Assembly (NCBI GenBank): GCA_016839555.1
Contig: JAEOUA010000011.1
Coordinates: 96,001-160,000 of the forward strand
Source: Promethearchaeota archaeon
GTDB taxonomy: Archaea > Asgardarchaeota > Lokiarchaeia > Sigyniarchaeales > SOKP01
Direction of reading: 5' to 3'
DNA: 64,000 nt
Below, one piece after another: positions 17,417 to 27,380 of the stretch. Every line of letters starts with the position of its first letter. Within the stretch, counting starts at the first letter, position 1. The notes beneath the pieces are model-generated. The model saw only the letters and a program-made list of their open reading frames with translations, made no database searches and was not told where the DNA came from. The translations under genes were made by a program, and so were the position numbers.

Positions 17417-19963
17417 TTACTTTTTAGGAAACGTTTTTATAGCACTTTCTATAATACTTTTACAGAGTTTTACACCAAGCCCCGTCTTATGATGTAAATG
17501 GTAGGGAGTATCTTTTGCTACTTGTTCGGAGGTGTGATAGCCTGCAGTAAACAAAATTCTGCCTCGTACCCGTGCCACGTGTTTTAGTCGTAGAATCAAA
17601 TCGAATAATTCTTCTTTTATCCCATAATGAATGCGAATTCGAAGCGTCTCACACATCTCGGCGATCTTTTCCATATCATTCTGGATATCTCTTCCGGAGG
17701 AACTTAGATGTTCAGCGATAATACCAATAAAGGTGATAATACGCTCTAAATTATCTTTCACCGACATTAAATCGCCCGCCATAATATTATGTCTTTCCAA
17801 AATGTCTTCTAAAGTCACTTCATCTGCCCATTCGATAATGGGCTCCAAAAATTTGCGATTCCTAACCTTCCTTTCTGAGAGAAGAATATCATAAGCTTCC
17901 TGAATGAGATCTTGGTATGATTCTATTAGCCGATTTTCCAATTTACTTCGAATAAGAACACCAGATACAGGATAGAGATAAAGTCGAATAATCAGTTTTC
18001 CAAATTGCGAGCATTTCACTGTAGAATCAGAATTTTTAAGGATCAATCCCTTTTCAAAAAGATAATTGAGGATATACTGACTTTTAATGCATTTCGGAAG
18101 AATATTATTTACGTATTTTTGCACCCGTTTATCGGGGATCTGAAGCAAATACAGCAAGAAAGCGGTAATATGATCGCAAAACTCAAATGCAAACTTATTA
18201 TCCACGAAATTATCGGAAATACCGTTTTTGAATCCGCAAGAACATCGAATCCCTTTTTCAATATTAAAATCACAATAAAAAACCCCATAGCAAGATTTAA
18301 TATAGCCCGCAATTGTTTCTCCGCTGAGCTTAGTAATTTTGATTTGATTATCTTGCTTTCTCATTTTTTTTACTTGGTTTGGATTAGAATGAAGTTTTAG
18401 AATATTTAAGGGATTTATCTCTTCAATTAATAACAGTTGTTCTATTGGAAGGGGATGCTTCATTTTATGCTCAATTATATACCAAAAATAAGTTTTTCTA
18501 AAAAATGATTTCAAAGCCTCCAAAGTAATATTTTTTTCTTCATACACCCTCAGTAATACTTGTTCTTTCAAAGTATTAATGTCATTTAATCCTGATTTTA
18601 AATCTTCATATTTTGGTAGGAGTTTATTAGCAGATACGTCCATATTAAAAAAATGATCTTCAATCCACATCTTTTCTTCTATATTATTAACAAGGATTAT
18701 ACCGTAGCCCACGGTATCTAATCCTGGACGTCCAGCTCTTCCCAACATCTGAAATACCTCATTGGATGAAAAAGGCAAAAAATAAGAAAAGCCATCGCCG
18801 TTTTCGTAAAATCCCTTAAAATTGCTAATATTATATCCTGACGTCACATAGCGTTTAAAGTCTTTTAAAATAACTACGCGAGCAGGGACATTTACCCCAG
18901 CAGCTAATGTAGTGGTACAACATATAACTTTGAGAATTCGCCTTCGATAATTATCTTCCACTAACTTTCTTTCCTTGGGTAATAATCCAGCATGATGAAA
19001 AGCAATCCCATATTCCACTAATTTGCGGAGTTCTTTATTACCTCCTCGAAGATTATCCAATTTCTCCGAGATTTCCTTACAGATAGCTGCTTCATTTTCT
19101 TCTAAGAAATGGTGGGAAATAGATTTAAGCAAAGAGGCAGTTTTTTGAGTAGCTTTTCTAGTTCTTACAAAAATCAACACTTGTCCTTTATTCTCCAATG
19201 TTTTTTTGGTATAGCGCTGTATAGTAGATTTTTTATTCTGCGACACTTCTATCTGAAAATGAAGCGGTACAGGACGTTTATCTGAAGTAATGAGAATTGT
19301 TTTGTTGCCTAAAGAATTTAGCCACGAGTTAAAGAATTTCGGGTTGTTAATGGTCGCCGAAAGACCAATGATTTGCGGGGAATTTAAGATTTCGTTTAAT
19401 CTCACAATCAGAGATTCTAATCGGGGACCTCGGGAATTTTCTCCAATAAAGTGGATCTCATCAATTATAATAGTAGCAATATCGAAAATCCATTCTTTAT
19501 CGTAAAAATTGCGAATAATAGAATCCATTTTTTCATAGGTGGTTACAATTATATCCGCTTTTTCTAATTTAGAATCATCTACATCATAATCTCCAATAGA
19601 TAATTCGATATTTACTCTAAAACGAGAATATAATGTTTTAAAGTGAAAATATTTTTCTGTGGCAAGTGCTTTATAGGGTACCAAATAGATGGATTTGCCA
19701 AACTCTTGAAAAATATTATATATCGCACAGATCTCACCTATCAATGTTTTTCCACTCCCCGAAGGTGCGCAGATGAGAAAGGATTTGCGGAAAAACAGTC
19801 CTTTTTGGATAGCTTCTTTTTGTATTTTCCGCAATTCGAAAATTTTGGATTCTAATAGAACTCGTAAGATTCGATCATCCGGAATGAGCTTAAAGATCTC
19901 TTTTTCTTCAAGATCCTCCAATTGCTTTTCTTGGTCTGAATCAGTATAATCTAAAATAGTCAT
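17417..19963 (-). CDS. Hel308/Ski2-like SF2 helicase with inserted SWIM finger
   Basis: APSGSGKT, DEIH, LSAT, HHAGL, TTTLAAGVNVPAR, QMLGRAGRPG, C-terminal HLH (RVRGRIL); insert CSC...FCDH. Confidence 0.9.
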   Translation of the reverse strand: MTILDYTDSDQEKQLEDLEEKEIFKLIPDDRILRVLLESKIFELRKIQKEAIQKGLFFRKSFLICAPSGSGKTLIGEICAIYNIFQEFGKSIYLVPYKALATEKYFHFKTLYSRFRVNIELSIGDYDVDDSKLEKADIIVTTYEKMDSIIRNFYDKEWIFDIATIIIDEIHFIGENSRGPRLESLIVRLNEILNSPQIIGLSATINNPKFFNSWLNSLGNKTILITSDKRPVPLHFQIEVSQNKKSTIQRYTKKTLENKGQVLIFVRTRKATQKTASLLKSISHHFLEENEAAICKEISEKLDNLRGGNKELRKLVEYGIAFHHAGLLPKERKLVEDNYRRRILKVICCTTTLAAGVNVPARVVILKDFKRYVTSGYNISNFKGFYENGDGFSYFLPFSSNEVFQMLGRAGRPGLDTVGYGIILVNNIEEKMWIEDHFFNMDVSANKLLPKYEDLKSGLNDINTLKEQVLLRVYEEKNITLEALKSFFRKTYFWYIIEHKMKHPLPIEQLLLIEEINPLNILKLHSNPNQVKKMRKQDNQIKITKLSGETIAGYIKSCYGVFYCDFNIEKGIRCSCGFKNGISDNFVDNKFAFEFCDHITAFLLYLLQIPDKRVQKYVNNILPKCIKSQYILNYLFEKGLILKNSDSTVKCSQFGKLIIRLYLYPVSGVLIRSKLENRLIESYQDLIQEAYDILLSERKVRNRKFLEPIIEWADEVTLEDILERHNIMAGDLMSVKDNLERIITFIGIIAEHLSSSGRDIQNDMEKIAEMCETLRIRIHYGIKEELFDLILRLKHVARVRGRILFTAGYHTSEQVAKDTPYHLHHKTGLGVKLCKSIIESAIKTFPKK

Positions 19964-20019
19964 ATAAAAAAAATTTATTAAATAGAATGAATTGAGATGA
20001 AAATCATATTTATTGAGAC

Positions 20020-20034
20020 TATTTAAACAAAAAG
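20020..20034 (-). promoter_or_regulatory. T-rich-BRE/TATA motif CTTTTTGTTTAAATA
   Basis: 56 nt upstream of the helicase start. Confidence 0.6.
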
Positions 20035-20166
20035 AGAAATATTTTTTTTATTGTTGATAATATCTCTCTCTCACGCAATACTTTTTTGAAAATTTAATGC
20101 GAAATTTCATATAAAAAAGGAATAGAATGTTTTAATTTTATCAAGTCGGTTTCATGCATTTTTTAA

Positions 20167-20181
20167 TTTTTCCTTTAAATA
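20167..20181 (+). promoter_or_regulatory. T-rich-BRE/TATA motif TTTTTCCTTTAAATA
   Basis: 25 nt upstream of ATG 20207, the head of a five-gene operon. Confidence 0.6.
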
Positions 20182-20206
20182 TAGTCAATTAATTGTAGTA
20201 TTAATT

Positions 20207-21811
20207 ATGAATAATATAATAGATAATATCTCTGATGATGCAAATAAGCAATCATGGGATATCACTTATTTGTTATCGATGGCAGAAAACGCACTCGAAA
20301 GTGGTGATATTGAACACGCTATGAGTTTAGCTCTGGGCGGAATGAAACTAGCAAAAAGCTCTAACGCTCAGTATTATCAAAAAGAATTTAGGGATATTAT
20401 TGGGAAAATTGAAGAGAATGAAGGAAGAAATAATACAAATAATACTAAAACTCCATCATATAATTCCCAAAAATCAAAAAAATTAGAATTGGATGGAGAA
20501 AAAAAAATATCTACTGAGAAGTTAAATCAAATATTGCGACTTAATAAAAATTTAGAGAATAAGGAGACACACGAAAACTTAGAAACGAAAGCTAATAAAG
20601 ATCCTTCTGAGTTCAAATCTTTTTTGAAAAATATGAATAATCCTTTAAAAATCAATTCCAAAAAAAGTCCATCAAATGTCAAAAAAACCATTCATAATAT
20701 GAAAAGCCAAATTTCTAACAAGATCAAAAATTCTTTTCTTGAACAGAAATATTTTTTGATAAATTCACTCCAAAATATTCAAGGGATTGATTTTCTCGCC
20801 CTTAAAACCATAGAAATCACAAAACATAAATTTTTAGTGCTATTAATCCCTATAAAATGGTGCCAAAATACCAGAGAGCATATCATAATCGAAGAGTATA
20901 ATGTCCGATTTGCTCATCATATAAGTGAAAATCAGTCAAAATTAAGCAAAATAATGCATCAAGATTTAATATTATTAAGGCAATCGCAAATCGAGATAAT
21001 AAGAGAAATCGCCGAGCAACAAACTTTATATGATATAATTAAACGATTTCTTAAGGAAAATTTTACAATGGAGACATTTCAGAATAATCAATGTGTCTAT
21101 TTTCATAATGGGCTGAGAGAATATAAAGTAATCACCTCGCCAATATATATTAGTACGCAAAAAATTGGTTTTTTAGAGAAGGTGTTACCTTACCCCTATC
21201 AGCGATCTTCAAATATTCATTTTGCAGAGTTAGATAAATTATCACTCCTTTTATCGTTCATAGAACAGAAATATGCGGCAATCACAGAATATTCTGAGGA
21301 AGAAAATACCATTCAACATCAATCAGAGCAATATAATAATTACTTAGACAGAATCCAAAAATGCTCGATACCATTTATCCCTGTTTCACTGTTATTATTG
21401 ATTTTAAGTATCTTTTTTGCAGGAGATTCTTTTATGATCTTATTAGGCTCAGGAATTTTTTTTCTGGTGCTCTATGGCATTCTTTTTGCCTTTTTTACAA
21501 TCATGTATCTTAAGACTATTTCTAAGATTAAGAATGAGCTGCAGAATTCCACCAACATGAATTCTCGCCCACCTTTACTGGATGAAACAGATTTAGAACT
21601 GATCGCTCAATATTTTCCTGAACAAGAAATGGAACAATTTATTTATGAATGTTTTGGAAAAGATTATGAGTTTGGTACGACTACATTTCATTATAATAAT
21701 AATTATATAACACCAAAAGAAGATCTTGAGAGACCTCAAGAGCGTACAGATAAAGCGGAGAATAACAAAAAGGAAGCCCTATCTAAATATATCCAACTTT
21801 TAGAGGACTAA
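20207..21811 (+). CDS. Membrane protein (soluble N-terminal region, TM hairpin near aa 385-435)
   Basis: Hydropathy; first gene of a tightly packed operon. Confidence 0.7.
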   Translation: MNNIIDNISDDANKQSWDITYLLSMAENALESGDIEHAMSLALGGMKLAKSSNAQYYQKEFRDIIGKIEENEGRNNTNNTKTPSYNSQKSKKLELDGEKKISTEKLNQILRLNKNLENKETHENLETKANKDPSEFKSFLKNMNNPLKINSKKSPSNVKKTIHNMKSQISNKIKNSFLEQKYFLINSLQNIQGIDFLALKTIEITKHKFLVLLIPIKWCQNTREHIIIEEYNVRFAHHISENQSKLSKIMHQDLILLRQSQIEIIREIAEQQTLYDIIKRFLKENFTMETFQNNQCVYFHNGLREYKVITSPIYISTQKIGFLEKVLPYPYQRSSNIHFAELDKLSLLLSFIEQKYAAITEYSEEENTIQHQSEQYNNYLDRIQKCSIPFIPVSLLLLILSIFFAGDSFMILLGSGIFFLVLYGILFAFFTIMYLKTISKIKNELQNSTNMNSRPPLLDETDLELIAQYFPEQEMEQFIYECFGKDYEFGTTTFHYNNNYITPKEDLERPQERTDKAENNKKEALSKYIQLLED

Positions 21812-21814
21812 TTA

Positions 21815-22558
21815 TTGGTGATTTTTGAGATGAAAACAAATTTATTGTTTAAATTGCTCTATTTTATTGGGTGCGGAATTGCGTTTTTAGGGATATTTTT
21901 TGATTTTTATTCCTATGATGTTTTTATTTTAGGTAATATTAAGCTTACTTCGTGGAGTTATAACTTATTTGAGGGATGGAATGTAAATAATACATTTGAA
22001 GCATCCTTTTTTGCTACCTTAAATCCTTTCTTTTTTATAATCATAGTGTTTTTATTATTAAAATACCCTCCTATACTCTCCATTAGTCCATTATTTCACA
22101 TTATTTTTTTGGGTGTAATTATTACCTCTGTATTATGTTTGCTATTTAAAGGATTAGAAGACTCAAAAAATTTATCGGATTTGACATTTTATGCATTTTT
22201 ACATATATTTTTATTGTTGTTAGTAGGGTTTTACACTATAGTATTTCCCATGTTTTATTTAATTCCCCATAACCTTTATTTTCCGTTTACAACCATTAGA
22301 GAGCCATTTTTAGGAATAACATATCATTATTTTTTGGGTATTGGCTATTTTTTAGAATTTATTGCATTTATATTACTTTTTCCTTATGCTGTTTTTTATT
22401 TGCAAACAGTGAGAAACTATGAAATTTCAGATGAAAGCACTCAAATAACTGAGGAATTAATAAATAAAGCAAATATAAGAATCGATATTGATAAATTAAT
22501 CGCAGAAGAGGAGTTCAAGTTTAAATTTAAAACTCATATGGAGGGTAAGCGTAAATGA
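21815..22558 (+). CDS. Polytopic membrane protein (about 5 TM)
   Basis: Hydropathy; stop overlaps the next start. Confidence 0.75.
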   Translation: MVIFEMKTNLLFKLLYFIGCGIAFLGIFFDFYSYDVFILGNIKLTSWSYNLFEGWNVNNTFEASFFATLNPFFFIIIVFLLLKYPPILSISPLFHIIFLGVIITSVLCLLFKGLEDSKNLSDLTFYAFLHIFLLLLVGFYTIVFPMFYLIPHNLYFPFTTIREPFLGITYHYFLGIGYFLEFIAFILLFPYAVFYLQTVRNYEISDESTQITEELINKANIRIDIDKLIAEEEFKFKFKTHMEGKRK

Positions 22559-23484
22559 ATGATCAAACCACATACGAAAAATTACACGCTTTAATTACCG
22601 TTTGTAAGCGAACGCAAAATTATAAAAAATTGGCACACACGGGTTATTTTTTGTTAAGCAATCAAGTAAATGAGATAGGTATACGATTAGGATTCCGTGT
22701 GAGAAAGACAGTAACCCAATCAAAATCCTCTAAATTTTTTACAAACAAAGGTTCTTACCAGAAGGAGACAATTTATGATTATTTAAATCAGATTAATAAT
22801 AGTTTCTCAACTAATCTTGATATAGAAATATTTAATGCCGATTTTCTTAAAAATTTGAAAAAGGCAGAGCTTCTATATATAAAATCAAGTGGAAAACTAA
22901 GATTATATCAAATTGCAACCCTTTTTGAGCTTTATTTTAAGTTAAAGGAACTCGAAGTCCCTAATCTTCGTAAAAAAATATCGAGCACTAAGCTACATAA
23001 TGTAGTCCCCTTTTATATGTATTCTTCGTTACTCTCTCCAACTAATTCATATAAAAATAAAGATGACAACCAGAGATTAGGGATAAAAAATTTAATATTT
23101 TTTGAGTTACAGAAAAAAGAGAATGTTCTAAAAGCTGAACTCCAACAGGATTATAATCCTAAATTATTAGAGGATATGTTGATATTGAAACAAATCAAGA
23201 AATCTTTTAAAAAATCTCCTTCCGATAAGATAAAAATAAGAAATTCATTATCAGAAAGTTTTTCTTATCAAAAATCACTGAATTCTCTTTATGGTTATTT
23301 CATTTTTGGGCTCTTTTTCGGTTTTTTTTGTTTAGGAATTAATATAATTGGGCTAATATTAATAAGTCCCTTTTTATTAGGGGCATTAGGCTTTTTTCTC
23401 TTATTGATATTAGGATCGACCATACTTTTCTTTTATATATATTGGACGAATTTCCTAAATAAAAAAGAAGTGATGCCCATTTGA
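22555..23484 (+). CDS. Membrane protein with C-terminal TM hairpin
   Basis: Hydropathy; overlaps both neighbours by 4 nt. Confidence 0.72.
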   Translation: MNDQTTYEKLHALITVCKRTQNYKKLAHTGYFLLSNQVNEIGIRLGFRVRKTVTQSKSSKFFTNKGSYQKETIYDYLNQINNSFSTNLDIEIFNADFLKNLKKAELLYIKSSGKLRLYQIATLFELYFKLKELEVPNLRKKISSTKLHNVVPFYMYSSLLSPTNSYKNKDDNQRLGIKNLIFFELQKKENVLKAELQQDYNPKLLEDMLILKQIKKSFKKSPSDKIKIRNSLSESFSYQKSLNSLYGYFIFGLFFGFFCLGINIIGLILISPFLLGALGFFLLLILGSTILFFYIYWTNFLNKKEVMPI

Positions 23485-26400
23485 AATATGAAAGAAGCAG
23501 TAATAACAATATGAATAAGGAATTCTATAGTAATGAGAGGAAGGAAGAAATATTAAAGGGAAAATCCTCGAGTTATTTAAATATATGGGAGAAAATACCT
23601 TCCTATAAAGATATTAATACCAATATCGGTATTATGAGATTTATTACTCTATTTACTCTAACAGGAATATTAATACTGTTCTCATTTTATGTGATTGGAA
23701 ATATTTTTTTTTCCATTATATTTCCCACTTCTTTAATATCTATTTTTCTGATAGGTTTTCGGGAAAATATTTTTCTTTTTTCGGGACTTGGAAAGTATAA
23801 ATACGGTCAAGTCCACCCGTTTAGAAATTTCCGATTTTGGCAAATAGATGAGCATCAAGATACTTTATATTTAACAAATACACAAGATTTAATTCACACA
23901 GGTATAAGATTATATAAAATATCAGTAATTCCCGAAAATATCCAGCCTAATTTAAATCATTTTATCAAGTCTTTATACATTTCTAAGATCCCGTTTTCCT
24001 ATCAAGTTGTTCAAACACCATTAGTTCAAAATACATCTGAAAGTATGAATATCACGATCCTCTTTGCACTTTCTTATTATGTTAAAGGGATCATAAGCAA
24101 AATAAAAATAACTAAAATTAAAGATGCGTTAGAAATATTTAGTTATACCTTTGAGAGTGCGTGTATTGCAAATCTAGCACATTATAAAATCGAAAGCCTA
24201 TCTGGAGTTGAATTGATTTATGCGTTTAGATCCTTAATAAGTTTAGTTGCAGAAGAACCAAAAAATTTCTCGGATGGAAATAGCTTCATAAGAAAAATAG
24301 ATAACAATTCAGTGCTTAAGCTTATAGTTATGTCGGTCATAATAATTTATATTTTTATATTGATTGGTCTTTCTCCAATAAAATTTTATTGGGCATTAGT
24401 TATAAATGGAGGATTCTTCTGTATATTCTTATCTCTTTTTTGGCGTGAAGCTTTATATGGTATTACTCAATTTAGTTTTCTTAAAAATAATGAATCTTAT
24501 AAAATTATTGAACCCTTCAAAGAAATCTCCTTTTATCGCTTTCGACCCTTTAGAGATATATTATTTATTCATAGTAATAATAAGGTTCTTACTGGAATTC
24601 ATTTTTTTAATGTAAAATTTGCCCTTCCACCACAGTTTTTATCAAAAGATCGTTTTATTGGTCGGATAGAAAAATTTTTTAGAGCAATTGTAAGTAAAAA
24701 GCTTCCTTTTACTTATACTCTGATAACATCACCAATATTTTGGGAAATTTTTGAAAAAGAGGGTTTAAAGCATGTGATCCCTAGTATCGCTATAGAATTG
24801 CGTCAAAGAAAAAAGGAATATGAATGGGAGCAATGGTTAGATATGAGAAGCGGAATCTGGAGGGTGATAGATCTCTATTCCATTCAAGAGCATGTCCTTA
24901 CAACGCACATTAATGAGGATTCGTTATATAAACTTTCAAAAAAATTGAATCAAAGTTCAAATGCATTTTTAAACCTATTTAAAGCCAATATTTCTAATTA
25001 CGAGATTGAACCATTAAATTCAAAATATATCTTTCCAGGGATATATGCTATCTTTTTAAAATCAAAATTTTTCAGGATGAATGGAACTCACTTAAATTAT
25101 TTGTTGTTGCAGGGAAAAACAATAATAAACCTAATGGAACTTTCTTCAGTATTTAAAAAAGGAATAGAGACGAGATTAGCGGCAGAATTTAATACCCCTC
25201 TTAATTTATCCAATTTTATTACCATCGGTAAGACACTTAATACCGAATTTTTGAAAGAAGAGGTTCCAGCGGGATTTACTCTTGATCAAGTGAAGAATCT
25301 ATTAATAACCAATGGCACATTCCGCAATCGAGAAAACTTGTTGCAGAAAATCGTGGTGGAATTGGTTAAGCATAAAACTCCCTCTATAGTTTTTGATTAT
25401 AATGGTACATTTACTAAATTCCTTCCTTATTTCGCGGGGAGCCGATTTGAAGATGATTTGTTGTTTTTTTCTTTAGGGAAAAATTTTCAATTGGATCCTT
25501 TCGATTCAGATATTCCTTATGATAAAGAAAGGGACGCCTATATAGATTATATCGTGGACATCTTGGCAATGGTCTATAAACAAAGAAAACTCATAATGGA
25601 TAGTTTAAGGGAAATCTTAAAGGAAGAGAATTTCTCGTATGCTGAATTCCTATTGGATGTGAAAAATAAAAATATTTGGGAAAAAAATTCGGGCATGGAT
25701 TCGCTTGTTTCGATGCTTAATAAAATTAAAGAAGTACCAAGCGTAATATCCAATAAAACTGAAGAAGATTCTGGAACTGAGAGATGGGCTGAGGATCAAG
25801 TTTATGCATATCAATTCGTGCAGAATGATAAGACTATCATTATAGATCTCTCCATATTTCGGGATTTAGAACCTAAAGTTTTTATGGCGTTTGTTATTAT
25901 TGCAAAGATCATATTTTATATGGCACAATTTCAAGACGAAGTAGATTCTATGTATGAAAAATTGATCATTATTCCTAATGGAGATATTATCTTTGATAAT
26001 TTTTATCTCGATACACAGATCAATTATCGTTACGGTAAAGTGATGAAACTTCTTCAACCACTTCACATTCTCAATCTTGGTGTGGTAATGACTTCCAATC
26101 AAATTCGATATCTTCATCCCAATGTGTTTAACTATTTTGCCAATATTGTTACGTTTAAAGCGACTGATAAGCGAGATATCAACGCCTTGAAAAATCAGAT
26201 GAGTCTGCAAGAATTACATGGCGTAGGATACTATAGTTCATCAAGAAATGATTCCTATCAAATCCAATTTCTTATGAATCTTAAAGAGAATGAAATTATT
26301 GTGAAGCGAGCAGACTTCCTTCAACCATTTCCTGTGATAATAGAACAGGATCAGTTAAATGAATTAATGCCTGTAAGGCAAGAAGAGATAAATGAGTATA

Positions 26401-27374
26401 TGTCGCAGCAAGGATATGATCTTTACGATAAAGAGAGCAGAATTCTTTCCAGTACGCAAAAAACCCTTTTTGAACAACACTTTAAGAATTATATTATATT
26501 TTTGGATGAAATCATTAAATTTTTTAGTATCTTGCAGACATTAGATAATGTAGGTAATTTATATAAAAGCAAAATAAAAGATGAATTACTTAAAATCATT
26601 TATCCAAAAGTACAGAAAAAGTTTGGTAAAGATAAACGACAGATAAAGCTTATCAGAGATAAATTATTCAATATTTTCTTACAACATAGTTATATCATCG
26701 AGAATCACCCCCGAAGAGCAAGTGGATCTCAATCAATCAGACCATCTTATTCGGTGGGGCCTCAGTATCAAGAATCTCTTGATGATTACTTCGAAACGGA
26801 ACAAGAAAGACCGACTAAGATTTCAGTTGAAACTCTTGAACACGAATCAGATAAAAATAGCAATTTTGAAAAAATTCTTGGAATAGAATCAAATGAAAAA
26901 GAAGAAAATTATATAGTAACAAAAAATCATAATCAAAAGGATATTAAAGAAATTTTATTAGATTATTCTTCGAAATTATTGGAAAATCTAATCGATATTT
27001 CGGTATTTATTGATGAAAAGAAATATGAAAAGGCAATTATATTGGAGCGCGCAGTTTTAACTGATTTTTTAGTTAATGTGTATTGTTCATTTTATCCCGA
27101 AGAAAAGAATGAAATGCCGGAATTATTGATAGATAAGGCTACTACATTTTTACTAAAGAATGTACCCCTTTCCATCAGTAGAAAATATGTAGACGATCTC
27201 TTAGAACGATGTAAATTACAAGAAATCAAGGAAGATAATATAGAAGAATATAAACTTGAAATAAACCAGCTTTCAGATTTACTTTTCGAATTCTTCACTA
27301 CTTTCCATAATGATATAAGAAAATTAATAAAGAATAATGAAAAAAATAAAAGGAATTATGAAATGTTATGGTGA
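23481..27374 (+). CDS. Membrane-anchored HerA/VirB4/FtsK-superfamily protein with degenerate ATPase motifs
   Basis: ITIG...NLLITNGTFRNRE...IVFDYNGTF...IIIDLS...GVVMTSNQIRYLHPNV...IVTFKATDKRD follows the HerA motif order. Confidence 0.75.
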   Translation: MKYERSSNNNMNKEFYSNERKEEILKGKSSSYLNIWEKIPSYKDINTNIGIMRFITLFTLTGILILFSFYVIGNIFFSIIFPTSLISIFLIGFRENIFLFSGLGKYKYGQVHPFRNFRFWQIDEHQDTLYLTNTQDLIHTGIRLYKISVIPENIQPNLNHFIKSLYISKIPFSYQVVQTPLVQNTSESMNITILFALSYYVKGIISKIKITKIKDALEIFSYTFESACIANLAHYKIESLSGVELIYAFRSLISLVAEEPKNFSDGNSFIRKIDNNSVLKLIVMSVIIIYIFILIGLSPIKFYWALVINGGFFCIFLSLFWREALYGITQFSFLKNNESYKIIEPFKEISFYRFRPFRDILFIHSNNKVLTGIHFFNVKFALPPQFLSKDRFIGRIEKFFRAIVSKKLPFTYTLITSPIFWEIFEKEGLKHVIPSIAIELRQRKKEYEWEQWLDMRSGIWRVIDLYSIQEHVLTTHINEDSLYKLSKKLNQSSNAFLNLFKANISNYEIEPLNSKYIFPGIYAIFLKSKFFRMNGTHLNYLLLQGKTIINLMELSSVFKKGIETRLAAEFNTPLNLSNFITIGKTLNTEFLKEEVPAGFTLDQVKNLLITNGTFRNRENLLQKIVVELVKHKTPSIVFDYNGTFTKFLPYFAGSRFEDDLLFFSLGKNFQLDPFDSDIPYDKERDAYIDYIVDILAMVYKQRKLIMDSLREILKEENFSYAEFLLDVKNKNIWEKNSGMDSLVSMLNKIKEVPSVISNKTEEDSGTERWAEDQVYAYQFVQNDKTIIIDLSIFRDLEPKVFMAFVIIAKIIFYMAQFQDEVDSMYEKLIIIPNGDIIFDNFYLDTQINYRYGKVMKLLQPLHILNLGVVMTSNQIRYLHPNVFNYFANIVTFKATDKRDINALKNQMSLQELHGVGYYSSSRNDSYQIQFLMNLKENEIIVKRADFLQPFPVIIEQDQLNELMPVRQEEINEYMSQQGYDLYDKESRILSSTQKTLFEQHFKNYIIFLDEIIKFFSILQTLDNVGNLYKSKIKDELLKIIYPKVQKKFGKDKRQIKLIRDKLFNIFLQHSYIIENHPRRASGSQSIRPSYSVGPQYQESLDDYFETEQERPTKISVETLEHESDKNSNFEKILGIESNEKEENYIVTKNHNQKDIKEILLDYSSKLLENLIDISVFIDEKKYEKAIILERAVLTDFLVNVYCSFYPEEKNEMPELLIDKATTFLLKNVPLSISRKYVDDLLERCKLQEIKEDNIEEYKLEINQLSDLLFEFFTTFHNDIRKLIKNNEKNKRNYEMLW

Positions 27375-27380
27375 TTTATC

